Below are positions 18,964 to 28,566 of a stretch of 64,000 bases of DNA, piece after piece; the stretch's first letter is position 1; the number at the start of each line of letters is the position of its first letter. Source of the stretch: an uncultured Gemmatimonadales bacterium (GTDB lineage Bacteria; Gemmatimonadota; Gemmatimonadetes; Gemmatimonadales; GWC2-71-9). A program made the translations under genes and the position numbers. The stretch covers positions 128,336 to 192,335 of the forward strand of contig CAWGVP010000006.1 in the NCBI GenBank assembly GCA_963826065.1. Reading direction: 5' to 3'. Under the pieces are notes generated by a model that was not told the origin of the DNA, did no database searches, and saw only the letters and a program-made list of their open reading frames with translations.

Positions 18964-21363
18964 TTGACCGTCACCCTGCGGCACGTGCTCACGCGGCCCG
19001 CAATCCTGTTGCCGACCGCCGCCGGCGTCGCCGGACGGCTCGCCGTTCGTCTCTGGCTCGCATCCATGGTGTGCTGGTGGGTCGTGGGCATCCAGTTCTC
19101 CCGCCTCTGGTGGCTGGTCAACGAGAAGCAGCTCGACTGGATCCTCTTCTGCTACGCCTGGGAAGTGCCGGCCGTGGGCTGGACCGGCGCGGTGTTGCTC
19201 CCCTGGCTCCGTCTCCGGGGTCTGGTTCACCGCCTGCCGCTCGGCGATCCCATCACGAGCCGGCAGCTCGCCCGATTCCCGCTCTTCGTCTTCTGGATGG
19301 TTCTGGGGACCAGTACGGCGGTGTACGCTCTCGGGGCCTTGCAGGTGGGCTACTTCGCCGCCCTTCCCACCCTCGAAGTCGCCAAGATCATGATCCAGGG
19401 CCCCGCGCTCGGCGGACTCTTCGCGGTCGCGGCGTACCTCATGGCCGAGCGCGCGATCCAGGATGTCGCGGTACCCCCGCGCCCACCGGCCGGGGACGAG
19501 GAAGGGCGCGTGGTGGAGTCGCTGTACTGGAAGGTGTTCTCCATCGCGGTCGCCCTCACGGTCGGGGTGGCGGTGCCCATCGTGCTGCACGGGCTCAGCC
19601 AGACGCAGCGACACCGGGAAGAGCTTCGTGCCGTCGCGCTGGTGGAGGCGGTGCAGGGCGCCTCCAGCGACGTCGGCCTCGCGGCCGCGCTGACTCCGTT
19701 GGGACCCGGCACCTACGGCTTCGTGGTACGGCGCTCCAACAACTACATCATCGGGGGACGGGGCACGGGCACCGTGTTCTACGGCGACGGCAGGGGAGAC
19801 TTCGCACCGATTCAGGTGCGCGACCAGGGCTGGTTCGCCAGCCGCGACGGGGAGCACAAGGTGGTGGCGTTCGTCCACCGGCCCGGGGTGCTCCCCGATG
19901 GCGACGGGGCGGTCTTCGTCGCGGTGTCGCCGCTCTCGGATTATGCCGCGGAGCTGAGTGGGGAAGGCCGCACTTCGGCGGCGGTCGCGCTGGCGGCACT
20001 GGTGATCGCGCTGATCCTGGCCTCAGGCCTCGCGCGCAGCATCGTGCTTCCCATCGAGCGTCTGCGCGCGGCCGCGGCCCAGATGGCCCGGGGCGATCTC
20101 GATGTCGCGCCGGTGGGCTTCGCCCGCGGCGACGAGGTGGCGGCGCTGGCCTACGCCTTCGACCGCATGGCATTCCGGGTCCGGACCGACGGGGCCGATC
20201 TCCGGTCGGCATACGAGCAGCTCCAGCGCGCCCAGGCCCAGGCGCTCCAGCACGAGCGGCTGTCCGCTATCGGCCGGGTGGCGTCCGGCGTCGCCCACGA
20301 GCTCAACAACCCGCTCTCCGCCGTCCTGCACCTGGCGGAGGACCTCCGGGCCGACGACACCAGGTCGGGCCACGAGCGGGAGGCACTCGACACCATCGCC
20401 GATCAGGTGCGGCGCTGCCGCACGATCGTCCGGGATCTGCTCTCGTTCGCCCGCGGACAGGAGCGGCGGCCCGAGAGCGCGGGGGCTTCGACCATCCTCG
20501 CACGCGCCGGTGCTGCCGCGGAGCCGTTGCTGCGGGAGACTCGCACCCGTCTGCAGACGAGGGTCGCCCCCGACATGTCCGACATCCTGACCGACGCGCC
20601 GGGGCTGGAGCTGGTGCTCACCAATCTGATCGTCAACGCCGTCCACGCCGCGGGCCACGACGGTTGGGTGCGAGTCGACGGAAGCTGGGTGGGTGAGGGG
20701 TGGCAATTCGCGGTGGAAGACAGCGGGTCAGGCATCGCGGCGGACGTGCTTCCCCGGATCTTCGAGCCGTTCTTCACAACCAAGCCCGAGGGGCAGGGCA
20801 CGGGGCTCGGGCTCGCGGTGTCGCTCGGCATCGTGCAACGCCTGGGCGGAACGCTCCGGGCGGAACCGGGCGGCGACGGCCGGGGGGCGCGCTTCGTGGT
20901 GCGGATTCCGCCGTCGCCGAACGCGCCGGCGAAGCGGGTCACCGCACTGCCCGGGCCCACCGGTCCGGCCCTCGATGCCGACGGCCGGCCGCGGGTGCTG
21001 CTGGTGGACGACGAGCGATCGATTCGCCTGGCGCTGGGCCGCTACATGCGGCGGAACGGCTGGGAGGTGGACGAGGCGGAGGATGGCGCGGTGGCGCTGG
21101 GGAAGCTGGACGCGTCCTCGCCGGAGGGCTACGACCTGGTCATCACCGATCTCCGGATGCCGGTGCTCTCCGGTTTCGAGGTGCACGACTGGCTGGCCGT
21201 GCACCGGCCTGACCTCTTCGCCCGGCTGATCATCGCCACGGGCGACGTGGCCTCGCAGCCAGTGCGGGAATTCCTCGACCGCACGCCGAGGCCGGTGCTG
21301 GAGAAGCCGTTCGAGCTCGCCGCGCTGGCGGAACTGGTGGGGAGGGTGCGGCGGGAGGGGTGA
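18964..21363 (+). CDS. Hybrid sensor histidine kinase/response regulator (TM sensor, HAMP, HisKA, HATPase, REC)
   Basis: HAMP region 'PIERLRAAAAQMARGDLD', H-box 'SGVAHELNNPLS', G-boxes 'DSGSGI' and 'GTGLGLAVS', receiver 'VLLVDDE...ITDLRMP'. The TTG start is uncertain. Confidence 0.85.
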   Translation: MTVTLRHVLTRPAILLPTAAGVAGRLAVRLWLASMVCWWVVGIQFSRLWWLVNEKQLDWILFCYAWEVPAVGWTGAVLLPWLRLRGLVHRLPLGDPITSRQLARFPLFVFWMVLGTSTAVYALGALQVGYFAALPTLEVAKIMIQGPALGGLFAVAAYLMAERAIQDVAVPPRPPAGDEEGRVVESLYWKVFSIAVALTVGVAVPIVLHGLSQTQRHREELRAVALVEAVQGASSDVGLAAALTPLGPGTYGFVVRRSNNYIIGGRGTGTVFYGDGRGDFAPIQVRDQGWFASRDGEHKVVAFVHRPGVLPDGDGAVFVAVSPLSDYAAELSGEGRTSAAVALAALVIALILASGLARSIVLPIERLRAAAAQMARGDLDVAPVGFARGDEVAALAYAFDRMAFRVRTDGADLRSAYEQLQRAQAQALQHERLSAIGRVASGVAHELNNPLSAVLHLAEDLRADDTRSGHEREALDTIADQVRRCRTIVRDLLSFARGQERRPESAGASTILARAGAAAEPLLRETRTRLQTRVAPDMSDILTDAPGLELVLTNLIVNAVHAAGHDGWVRVDGSWVGEGWQFAVEDSGSGIAADVLPRIFEPFFTTKPEGQGTGLGLAVSLGIVQRLGGTLRAEPGGDGRGARFVVRIPPSPNAPAKRVTALPGPTGPALDADGRPRVLLVDDERSIRLALGRYMRRNGWEVDEAEDGAVALGKLDASSPEGYDLVITDLRMPVLSGFEVHDWLAVHRPDLFARLIIATGDVASQPVREFLDRTPRPVLEKPFELAALAELVGRVRREG

Positions 21364-21440
21364 GCTTGTCATCCTGAGCGCAGCGAAGGAGGCCATCTCC
21401 GGGCATGGCCTCCTTCGCTGCGCTCAGGATGACAAGCTCA
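21361..21440. repeat. Palindromic REP-like element, copy B: perfect 36-bp inverted repeat with 8-nt loop; likely bidirectional terminator
   Basis: Arm 21361..21396 (tgagcttgtcatcctgagcgcagcgaaggaggccat) is the exact reverse complement of arm 21405..21440. It lies between convergent genes and contains both of their stop codons. Confidence 0.9.
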
Positions 21441-22329
21441 CCCCTTGCACCGCCATCCCCATCGCGTGGTACCCGTTATCCACGTACACCACGCTCCCGG
21501 TGATCGCCCCGGCGAGCGGACTGCAGAGAAACGCCGCGGTGTTCCCGACGTCGGTGGCCTGGATGGGGCGGGGCAACGGCGCGTTGGCAGTGGTGTACTG
21601 AATCATGGTGTCGATGAATCCGATCGCGCTCGCCGCGCGTGAGGCCCACGGCCCGGCGGAGATGGCGTTGATCCGCACGCCCCAGCGTCGCCCGGCCTCG
21701 AACGCGAGCGTGCGGGTGTCGGCCTCGAGCGCGGCCTTGGCCGACGACATCCCGCCGCCGTATCCGGGAATGACCCGCTCACCGGCGAGATAGGTGAGCG
21801 AGAGGAACGCACCGTTGGGTCGCATCAGCGGCGAGAGCTGCCGCACCAGGGAGATGTTGCTGTACGCGCTCACGCTGACCGCCGCCAGATAGCCGGCCCG
21901 GGACGTATCCACCAGCGGCGACTTCACCTCCGGCCCGTTCGCCAGACTGTGCACCACGATGTCCAGCCCCCCCTCGCCGAAGTCCTCCCGGACCCGCGCC
22001 GCCAGCCCCTCGATCGTGAAGTCGCCCTGCTCCTTGTAACGCTTGTTCTCGCGCACGTCCTGGGGGACGTCGGCCATGGTATCCCAGGCGGCATCGAGCG
22101 GGTAGATCCGCTCGAACTCGAGCTTCCGCCCGTCCGAGAGTCTCAGGGAATCCTCGATCTTTCCCCGCTCCAGCAGCTTGGTGAAGATCCCGAGTGCGGG
22201 AGGCCAGCTCCCGAGGCAGATCGTGGCGCCGGCCTCGGCGAGCGCCTTGGCGATGGCGAAGCCGAATCCGGCATCGTCCGATACCCCCGCGACGAGGGCG
22301 CGCTTGTTCGTCAGGTCGATGGAGAGCAT
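21424..22329 (-). CDS. fabI: Enoyl-[acyl-carrier-protein] reductase (NADH), FabI (long ~300 aa form)
   Basis: Begins MLSIDLTNKRALVAGVSDDAGFGFAIAKALAEAGA.... 'SLTYLAGERVIPGYGGGMSSAKAALE' holds the Y-x6-K catalytic pattern. The last 5 codons and the stop lie in repeat copy B. Confidence 0.85.
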   Translation of the reverse strand: MLSIDLTNKRALVAGVSDDAGFGFAIAKALAEAGATICLGSWPPALGIFTKLLERGKIEDSLRLSDGRKLEFERIYPLDAAWDTMADVPQDVRENKRYKEQGDFTIEGLAARVREDFGEGGLDIVVHSLANGPEVKSPLVDTSRAGYLAAVSVSAYSNISLVRQLSPLMRPNGAFLSLTYLAGERVIPGYGGGMSSAKAALEADTRTLAFEAGRRWGVRINAISAGPWASRAASAIGFIDTMIQYTTANAPLPRPIQATDVGNTAAFLCSPLAGAITGSVVYVDNGYHAMGMAVQGVSLSS

Positions 22330-22517
22330 GGGGGAATAGTAGCCGAACAGCGGGACAGCGGGGCGGTGTGGCCGCCGCGACCGTGATCCGGGCTACGGCA
22401 CCGCAGGTGATCGCGGTGTTAAACCCCAGGGAGGACCCGGGTGGATTCGGGCAGAGCCAATGTGAAACCAACGACCGGCAGGTATCAGTGCACGCAGGCA
22501 GCGAATTCGTCCGTCAG

Positions 22518-23456
22518 ATGCTGGCCCGGACCCTCATCATGGTGGCACTCCTCACGTCGGCCTGCTCCGACCCGGCGACCCCGCCGGGCTCCGAGCCGCC
22601 GCCCGAGGAGCCGGCACCCCCGGAAGAGCCCGCACCTCCCCCCGACCCGGAGCCGCCCCCACCGCCGCCGCCCGCGCCGACCTCGGAGACCTTCGTCGGC
22701 GCCGGCGACATCGTGGGGTGCACGATCCGCTTCCACGACGAGGAGACCGCCGACCTGCTCGATGGGATCGAAGGCACCGTCTTCGCCCTCGGCGACAACG
22801 TCCAGGGCTTCGGCACACGGGAGGAGTTCGCCACCTGCTACGAGCCGACCTGGGGGCGGCACAAGGCACGCACCCGGCCGGCGGTGGGAAACCACGAATA
22901 CAACGTGCCCGGGGCCGAGCCACACTACGAATACTGGGGCGCGCAGGCGGGCCCGGCCGGCAAGGGTTACTACAGCTACGACCTGGGCGAGTGGCACATC
23001 GTGGTGCTCAACAGCAACGTCCTGTTCGAGGAACAGAACGAGTGGCTGGTGGCGGACCTGAGCGCGAGCTCGCGCCGGTGCACGCTGGCCTACTGGCACC
23101 ATCCCTGGTTCACCTCGAGCTCCTACCGTGGGCCGGCGGAGCTGCAGCGGTTCGTCGAGATCCTCGATGACGCGGGTGCCGACGTGATCCTGACCGGCCA
23201 TGCGCACGGCTACGAACGCTTCGCGCCCCAGAACGCGCTCGGTGAAGCCGATGCGGAGCGGGGCATCCGGCACTTCGTCGTGGGGACCGGTGGGGCGCCG
23301 TTTCACCCGTTCAAGCGCATCAAGCCGAACAGCGAAGTGCGGCAGCTGGCCTACGGTGTGCTGAAGCTGGAGCTGTTCGCCGACCGCTATACCTGGGAGT
23401 TCGTGCCGATCGCGGGAGAGACGTTCACCGACCAGGGCGAGGGGCAGTGCCATTGA
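22518..23456 (+). CDS. Metallophosphoesterase (calcineurin-like), lipoprotein with Pro/Glu-rich linker
   Basis: The ATG at 22518 gives the lipobox 'LLTSAC'. Linker is PPEEPAPPEEPAPPPDPEPPPPPPP. Phosphoesterase motifs are 'GDIV', 'GDNV', 'GNHEY' and 'GHAHGYER'. Confidence 0.75.
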   Translation: MLARTLIMVALLTSACSDPATPPGSEPPPEEPAPPEEPAPPPDPEPPPPPPPAPTSETFVGAGDIVGCTIRFHDEETADLLDGIEGTVFALGDNVQGFGTREEFATCYEPTWGRHKARTRPAVGNHEYNVPGAEPHYEYWGAQAGPAGKGYYSYDLGEWHIVVLNSNVLFEEQNEWLVADLSASSRRCTLAYWHHPWFTSSSYRGPAELQRFVEILDDAGADVILTGHAHGYERFAPQNALGEADAERGIRHFVVGTGGAPFHPFKRIKPNSEVRQLAYGVLKLELFADRYTWEFVPIAGETFTDQGEGQCH

Positions 23457-23471
23457 TGGCGGTCCGGTCCA

Positions 23472-26009
23472 TCACTCGCCCCGCAGCACCTCGAGCGGGG
23501 TCCGGCGGATGACCTCCCGGCTGTTGAGCAGGCCCACGACTACCGTGAGCGCCACGACGCCGGCCGCCAGAGCGGCGAGCGAGCTCGGCTGGAAGGAGAA
23601 CCGGCCCTCGAAGACCCATTTCGCCAGCGCCCACGCCGCGGCCGCCGAGAGCACCGCGGCAACCACCGCCGCCATGCTGCCGAGCGCCAGGTACTCCGCG
23701 AGGACGATGCGGAAGATCTGCCTGCGGGTGGCGCCGAGGGTACGGAGGAGGGCACCCTCGCGGATCCGCTGAAAGCGGCTGGTCGCGAGCGCACCGATCA
23801 ACACCAGGGTGCCCGTCGCCAGGGTGAAGGCCGCCATGAAGCGGATCGCCAGCACGACGCGGTCCACCAGCCGCTCCAGCGCCTCCTGGACCACGGACAG
23901 GTCGAGCGTGGTGACGTTGGGAAGCCGCTCGGCCAAGCGGCGCTGGAACGTTCCTCGATCGGCGGGTCGCTCGATCCGGGTGAGCGTCACCAGGGTGTGC
24001 GGCGCTTCTTCCAGTGAGCCCGGCTGAAATACGACGAAGAAGTTCGGCTCGAACCGCGCCCAGTCCACCTCCCGGAGGCTGGCGACCCTGGTCGGGATCT
24101 GGATTCCCTGCACGTCCCACACGATCTCGTCGCCTGGCGCGATGCCGAGCTCTTCCGCCACGCCGGTCTCGACCGAAACGCCGGGGAGCACGCCGCTGGG
24201 ACGCTCGCCGGCGGGCCACCACGTGCCCGTCTCCAGCCGCTCGGACGCCACCAGCGTGTCGCGATAGGTGGAGCGGTATTCCCTGCGGAAAGCCCAGGCG
24301 CCGGCGACGCCGCTGTCCGACAGGATCGCCCGTACCGGCCGACCCTTCACCGAGGCGATCCGCATCGGCACGATGGGAACCGGCTCCGCAAACGAAAGCC
24401 CGGCATCGCGCAGCTCACGCTCGACCAGGGCGACCTGGTCGGGCTGGATGTCGAAGAGGACCAGGTTGGGCCGTGCCGGTCCGCCGGAGAGGCGGAGCTG
24501 CTCCAGCAGGTTGAGCTGCACCAGGACGATGGTCCCGAGCAGAAACGCGCCGAACCCGATCGCCAGCACGATCGTCACCGTCTGATTCGACGGCCGGTGC
24601 AGATTCGACAGGCCCTGGCGCCACAGGTACGGGAGGCCGGACGGAAGCCAGCGCCGCGCGCCGCGGACCAGGGCCCACGACGCGGCCCAGAGCACCAGGA
24701 GGGCGACACCGATACCGGCGGCGAAGATGGCCCCCCGCCGGTAGTCGCGCACCTGGATCGCGGCCAGCACCACCAGGCTCACCACCAGCCCCACGGACAC
24801 GGCCCAGCGCCACGGGTCCCGCGGCGTGCGCTCGGGCTCGTAGTCGCGCCGGAGGGCGGCCAGCGGGGGCACTCGTCGCACCGGCAGCAACGGCAGCAGG
24901 GCGAAGATGAGAGACACCCAGAGTCCCATGCCCACGCCGATTCCGATCGCGGACCAGGAGACCGCCGTCTCCACGTCGACCGGCAGCAGCTCGGCCAGCA
25001 GGCCGGGCAGCGCCTGCTGGAACAGGAGGCCCGCTGCCGCACCGACGATGCTCCCGGCGAGCGCCATGCCGGCCGCCTCGACCAGGTAGACGGCGAGCAC
25101 CCGCCTCCCGGTGGCGCCGAGACACCGCAGGACGGCGATCGTGTCCAATCGCTGGCGAATGAACACCACCACCGCGCTCGCCACCCCGATTCCGCCGAGC
25201 AGCAGTGCCACCAGCGCGACCAGTCCCAGATAACCGGTCAGGGTCGCGAGAGTCTCGTTGAGCCGCTCGCGGTCGTCCTCCACCGTGCGGAGCTGCACCC
25301 GTTCCGGTCGGAGTCGAGTCCGATGCTGCTTGGCGATCGCGTCGGCGGAGACGCCGCCGGGCAGCCGGAGATAGGCCTCGTACTCGGCGCGGGCCCCGAA
25401 GCCGAGCAGCCGGGTCTCATCCAGATACTGCGCCGGAATAAAGATGCGCGGCCCGAACGCGGCGCGGATCCCGACGTTGCCGGGAGCCCGAGCCACCGTG
25501 CCGCTGATCGTAAAGCGGGCCTCGCCGAGCGCGAGCGTGTCGCCCACGCGCGCGCGGAGCGCGGTGAGCAGCGATGGGTCCACCACGACGTGCCGGCCGC
25601 TCTGGAGCCCGGACCATGCCGAGCCCGGGGCCGTGACGATGCTCCCGTAGAAGGGATAGGGGCCCCGAATCGCCGCTACCTGCACCAGCCGGGTGCCGTC
25701 GGTGCGCGGCACGTAGGCCATGGCGGAGAAATTCGTGACCCGCGCCACCTCGGCGCCCCGGCCGACCAAAGTGTCGATCAGCCCTTCGGCGCTCGCCGGA
25801 AGGCGCTGCCGGCTCTCCAGGGAGAGATCGGCGCCGAGCAGCTCCTGCGCCTGCCGGTGCACCGAGTCACGGAGGTTCGCGGTGAAGGAGTTGATCGCCA
25901 CGAGCGCGGCGACCCCCACGGCCACCGACGTGGTGAGGAGCAGCAGACGGCGGGGAGCCGCGCGCACCTCTCGCGCCGCCATGCGGAGCACGAATCCGAG
26001 CGCCGTCAT
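23472..26009 (-). CDS. ABC transporter permease, FtsX-like duplicated (YbbP-like)
   Basis: 845 aa with two FtsX/MacB-type permease modules. The start overlaps the stop of the upstream ATPase gene (ATGA at 26006-26009). Confidence 0.85.
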   Translation of the reverse strand: MTALGFVLRMAAREVRAAPRRLLLLTTSVAVGVAALVAINSFTANLRDSVHRQAQELLGADLSLESRQRLPASAEGLIDTLVGRGAEVARVTNFSAMAYVPRTDGTRLVQVAAIRGPYPFYGSIVTAPGSAWSGLQSGRHVVVDPSLLTALRARVGDTLALGEARFTISGTVARAPGNVGIRAAFGPRIFIPAQYLDETRLLGFGARAEYEAYLRLPGGVSADAIAKQHRTRLRPERVQLRTVEDDRERLNETLATLTGYLGLVALVALLLGGIGVASAVVVFIRQRLDTIAVLRCLGATGRRVLAVYLVEAAGMALAGSIVGAAAGLLFQQALPGLLAELLPVDVETAVSWSAIGIGVGMGLWVSLIFALLPLLPVRRVPPLAALRRDYEPERTPRDPWRWAVSVGLVVSLVVLAAIQVRDYRRGAIFAAGIGVALLVLWAASWALVRGARRWLPSGLPYLWRQGLSNLHRPSNQTVTIVLAIGFGAFLLGTIVLVQLNLLEQLRLSGGPARPNLVLFDIQPDQVALVERELRDAGLSFAEPVPIVPMRIASVKGRPVRAILSDSGVAGAWAFRREYRSTYRDTLVASERLETGTWWPAGERPSGVLPGVSVETGVAEELGIAPGDEIVWDVQGIQIPTRVASLREVDWARFEPNFFVVFQPGSLEEAPHTLVTLTRIERPADRGTFQRRLAERLPNVTTLDLSVVQEALERLVDRVVLAIRFMAAFTLATGTLVLIGALATSRFQRIREGALLRTLGATRRQIFRIVLAEYLALGSMAAVVAAVLSAAAAWALAKWVFEGRFSFQPSSLAALAAGVVALTVVVGLLNSREVIRRTPLEVLRGE

Positions 26010-26674
26010 TCGGCGGTGTCGGCGACGACCCGGCCGTCGGCAAGACGGATGGTGCGGCGGGCGCGGGCGGCGAGGTCGAGGTCGTGGGTGACCAGGACGA
26101 GGGTGGTCCCGAGGTCACGGTTCAGCTCGACCATCAGGTCGATCACGCCGGCCCCGGTGCGCGCGTCGAGGTTCCCGGTGGGCTCGTCGGCGAAGAGGAC
26201 CTTGGGCCGGGTGCTGAACGCGCGCGCCAGGGCCACGCGCTGCTGCTCCCCGCCCGAGAGCTGGGCCGGGTAGTGGTCGCCGCGGTCCTGGAGTCCGACC
26301 CGGGCCAGCAGGTCGGCCGATCGGCCGTTCGCGGCCTCTCCGCGGAGCTCGAGCGGCACCTGCACATTCTCCAGCGCGGTCAGGGTGGGAATGAGCTGGA
26401 ACGACTGGAACACGAACCCGATCTTCGCCGCTCGCATTCGGGCACGGGCGTCCTCGTCGAGCGCGCCCAGCTCTTCCCCGTCGAGATGGACGGTGCCGGC
26501 CGTCGGACGATCGAGGCCGGCCAGAAGTCCCAGGAGCGTCGTCTTGCCGCTGCCGGAGGGGCCGACGATGGCGGCGAAGCCACCCGGCTCCACCGAGAAC
26601 GTGATATCGTTCAGCACCGTCAGCTCACGGCCGGCGGAACGATAGGTCTTGGTCAGCGATACGCATCGGAGCAT
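26006..26674 (-). CDS. ABC transporter ATP-binding protein (YbbA/LolD-like)
   Basis: The ATG at 26674 gives MLRCVSLTKTY.... Walker A 'GPSGSGKTT', signature 'LSGGEQQRVALARA', Walker B 'LFADEPTGNLD'. Confidence 0.9.
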   Translation of the reverse strand: MLRCVSLTKTYRSAGRELTVLNDITFSVEPGGFAAIVGPSGSGKTTLLGLLAGLDRPTAGTVHLDGEELGALDEDARARMRAAKIGFVFQSFQLIPTLTALENVQVPLELRGEAANGRSADLLARVGLQDRGDHYPAQLSGGEQQRVALARAFSTRPKVLFADEPTGNLDARTGAGVIDLMVELNRDLGTTLVLVTHDLDLAARARRTIRLADGRVVADTAE

Positions 26675-26681
26675 GGTCTGA

Positions 26682-27359
26682 ATGATATCCAGGTACGGAT
26701 GGCGGGGTGCGCTGGTTGCACTGGCGGTGGTGGGATGCGGGGCAGAGGAGCGTGCGCCGGGACTCGACCAGGCACCCGCGGCACCGGTTGCCGGTGAGCG
26801 AGGCCGCGTCGTGTTTCTCGGCACCAGCCTCACCGCGGGCCTGGGCCTCGATCCGGATCAGGCGTATCCGGCGCTGATCCAGCGAAAACTCGACGACGCG
26901 GGGCTGCGCTTCGAGGCGGTGAACGCGGGTGTGAGTGGGGAGACCTCAGCCGGGGCGCGGCGCCGGATCGAATGGCTCCTGCGCCAGCCCACGGCGGTGC
27001 TGGTGGTCGAGACCGGCGCGAACGACGGGCTCCGGGGCCTCGAGGTCGACTCCCTCCGCTCCAACATCCAGGCGATCATCGACGAGGCGGGGCGGCTCTC
27101 GCCCAAGCCGGCCGTGGTGCTGGTGGGGATGCGGGCCCCGCCGAACCTGGGCTGGGACTATTCCCGGCGGTTCCAGCGAGTCTATTCGGAGCTGGCGCGG
27201 GAGAACGATCTGCCGCTGGTGCCGTTCCTCCTCGAAGGCGTGGCGGGCCGTTCCGCCCTCAATCAGGCGGACATGATCCATCCCTCCGCGGAGGGCCAGC
27301 AGCGCATGGCCGAGACGGTCTGGAAGGTCCTGGAGCCGATCCTCAGGCGCGGCTCGTAG
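26682..27359 (+). CDS. SGNH/GDSL arylesterase/thioesterase (TesA-like), lipoprotein signal
   Basis: 'VVFLGTSLTAG' is the GDS(L)-like block I (here GTS), followed by 'NAGVSGETS' and 'ETGANDGLRG', then a C-terminal 'DMIHPS' (DxxH). Divergent from the ybbA-like gene, as tesA is in E. coli. Confidence 0.85.
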   Translation: MISRYGWRGALVALAVVGCGAEERAPGLDQAPAAPVAGERGRVVFLGTSLTAGLGLDPDQAYPALIQRKLDDAGLRFEAVNAGVSGETSAGARRRIEWLLRQPTAVLVVETGANDGLRGLEVDSLRSNIQAIIDEAGRLSPKPAVVLVGMRAPPNLGWDYSRRFQRVYSELARENDLPLVPFLLEGVAGRSALNQADMIHPSAEGQQRMAETVWKVLEPILRRGS

Positions 27360-28566
27360 GCTCGATCTCCTTCAGGACCTCCCTCAACGCCTCGACGGCG
27401 GTGTCGATCTCGTCCGCCGTGTTGTAGTAGTGGGGGGAGACCCGGATGGCGGAGGCGGCCCGCTTTTCATCCATGTCGATCACCGCATCGGTCCGGTCGG
27501 GCGAGCTGGTATTGATGCCTCGGGCCCGCAGGGCCAGCTTGACGCGCTCCGAAGATCTCCCTCCCAGCTCCGCAGTGGCGATGGCGCAGAGCGACGGACC
27601 CCGATCCAACACCCGCACGTCCTCGATGGCGCCCATGCGCTCGCGGGCATAACGGGCCAGGGCCCAGCTCCGCTCGCGGGCGGTCTCGACCCCGACCTGG
27701 AGCGCGTACTCCGCCGCGGCACCGATCCCGAGCACCAGCGCATGCGAGAATTCCCAGCTCTCGAACCGGCGCGCATCGGGCGTGAGGGTGAAGTCTTCGG
27801 GATCGGTCCAGGTGGCGCCGTGCATGTCCACGGTCCACGGGTAGGCCCCGGCCGCGAGCGCCCGATCGGACACGTACAGGAAACCTGCCCCGCGGGGGCC
27901 TCGGAGGAACTTGCGCGAAGCGGCGGCCAGATAGTCGCAGTGCAGACGGGTCACGTCGACCGGGAGCTGCCCCACCGCCTGACACGCATCCACGATGTAA
28001 GGCACGCCGGCGTCCCGGCAGATCTCCCCTATCGCCTCGGCGGGCTGTACCAGGCCGGAGTTGGTGGGAATCCAGCTGAGGGCGATGAGGGTGGGGCGAC
28101 GTCGCGCCACCAGCTCGCGCACCGCCTGGGGATCGATGCCTCCCTCGGGGGCGTCCGGTGCGCGGACGGCCTCTACCCCGCGCCGACGCTCGAGCGCCAG
28201 GTACATGATCTGATTCGACGCGTAGTCGGCCCGGCTGGTGAGGATGAGGTCGCCGGGGCCGAGATCGAAGGCCGCGAAGGCCTGCGCGAAGGCGATAGTG
28301 GAGTTCTGGAGCATGGCGAGGTTCTTCGCCGAGGTGCCGAGCAGGCGGCCGAGGGCGGCGTAAGCTCCCTGAATGGCGTCCGCGCGGTTCTCGGCCGCCT
28401 CGTAGCCGCCGATCTCCTGCTCCAGCGCGAGATGGTCGGTGACGGCCTGGCGCACGGGCGCCGGACTCAGCGCCGCGCCGGCGTTGTTGAGGTGCACGAG
28501 GCGCTCACAGCCCGGCGTGTCGGCGCGCCAAGCGGACAGCGCGGCCGGATCGGTGGGCCGGCTCAT
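27343..28566 (-). CDS. Aminotransferase class V-fold PLP-dependent enzyme
   Basis: The ATG at 28566 overlaps the GntR stop (ATGA). The PLP-lysine context is 'AAASRKFLRGPRGAGFLY'. 407 aa. Confidence 0.8.
   Translation of the reverse strand: MSRPTDPAALSAWRADTPGCERLVHLNNAGAALSPAPVRQAVTDHLALEQEIGGYEAAENRADAIQGAYAALGRLLGTSAKNLAMLQNSTIAFAQAFAAFDLGPGDLILTSRADYASNQIMYLALERRRGVEAVRAPDAPEGGIDPQAVRELVARRRPTLIALSWIPTNSGLVQPAEAIGEICRDAGVPYIVDACQAVGQLPVDVTRLHCDYLAAASRKFLRGPRGAGFLYVSDRALAAGAYPWTVDMHGATWTDPEDFTLTPDARRFESWEFSHALVLGIGAAAEYALQVGVETARERSWALARYARERMGAIEDVRVLDRGPSLCAIATAELGGRSSERVKLALRARGINTSSPDRTDAVIDMDEKRAASAIRVSPHYYNTADEIDTAVEALREVLKEIEPTSRA

Noticed and set aside
22575-22690. Low-complexity Pro/Glu-rich DNA with a short direct repeat (EEPAPP x2).
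   Set aside because: It is an in-frame linker between the lipobox and the catalytic domain of the metallophosphoesterase. This is ordinary low-complexity coding sequence, not an independent element.
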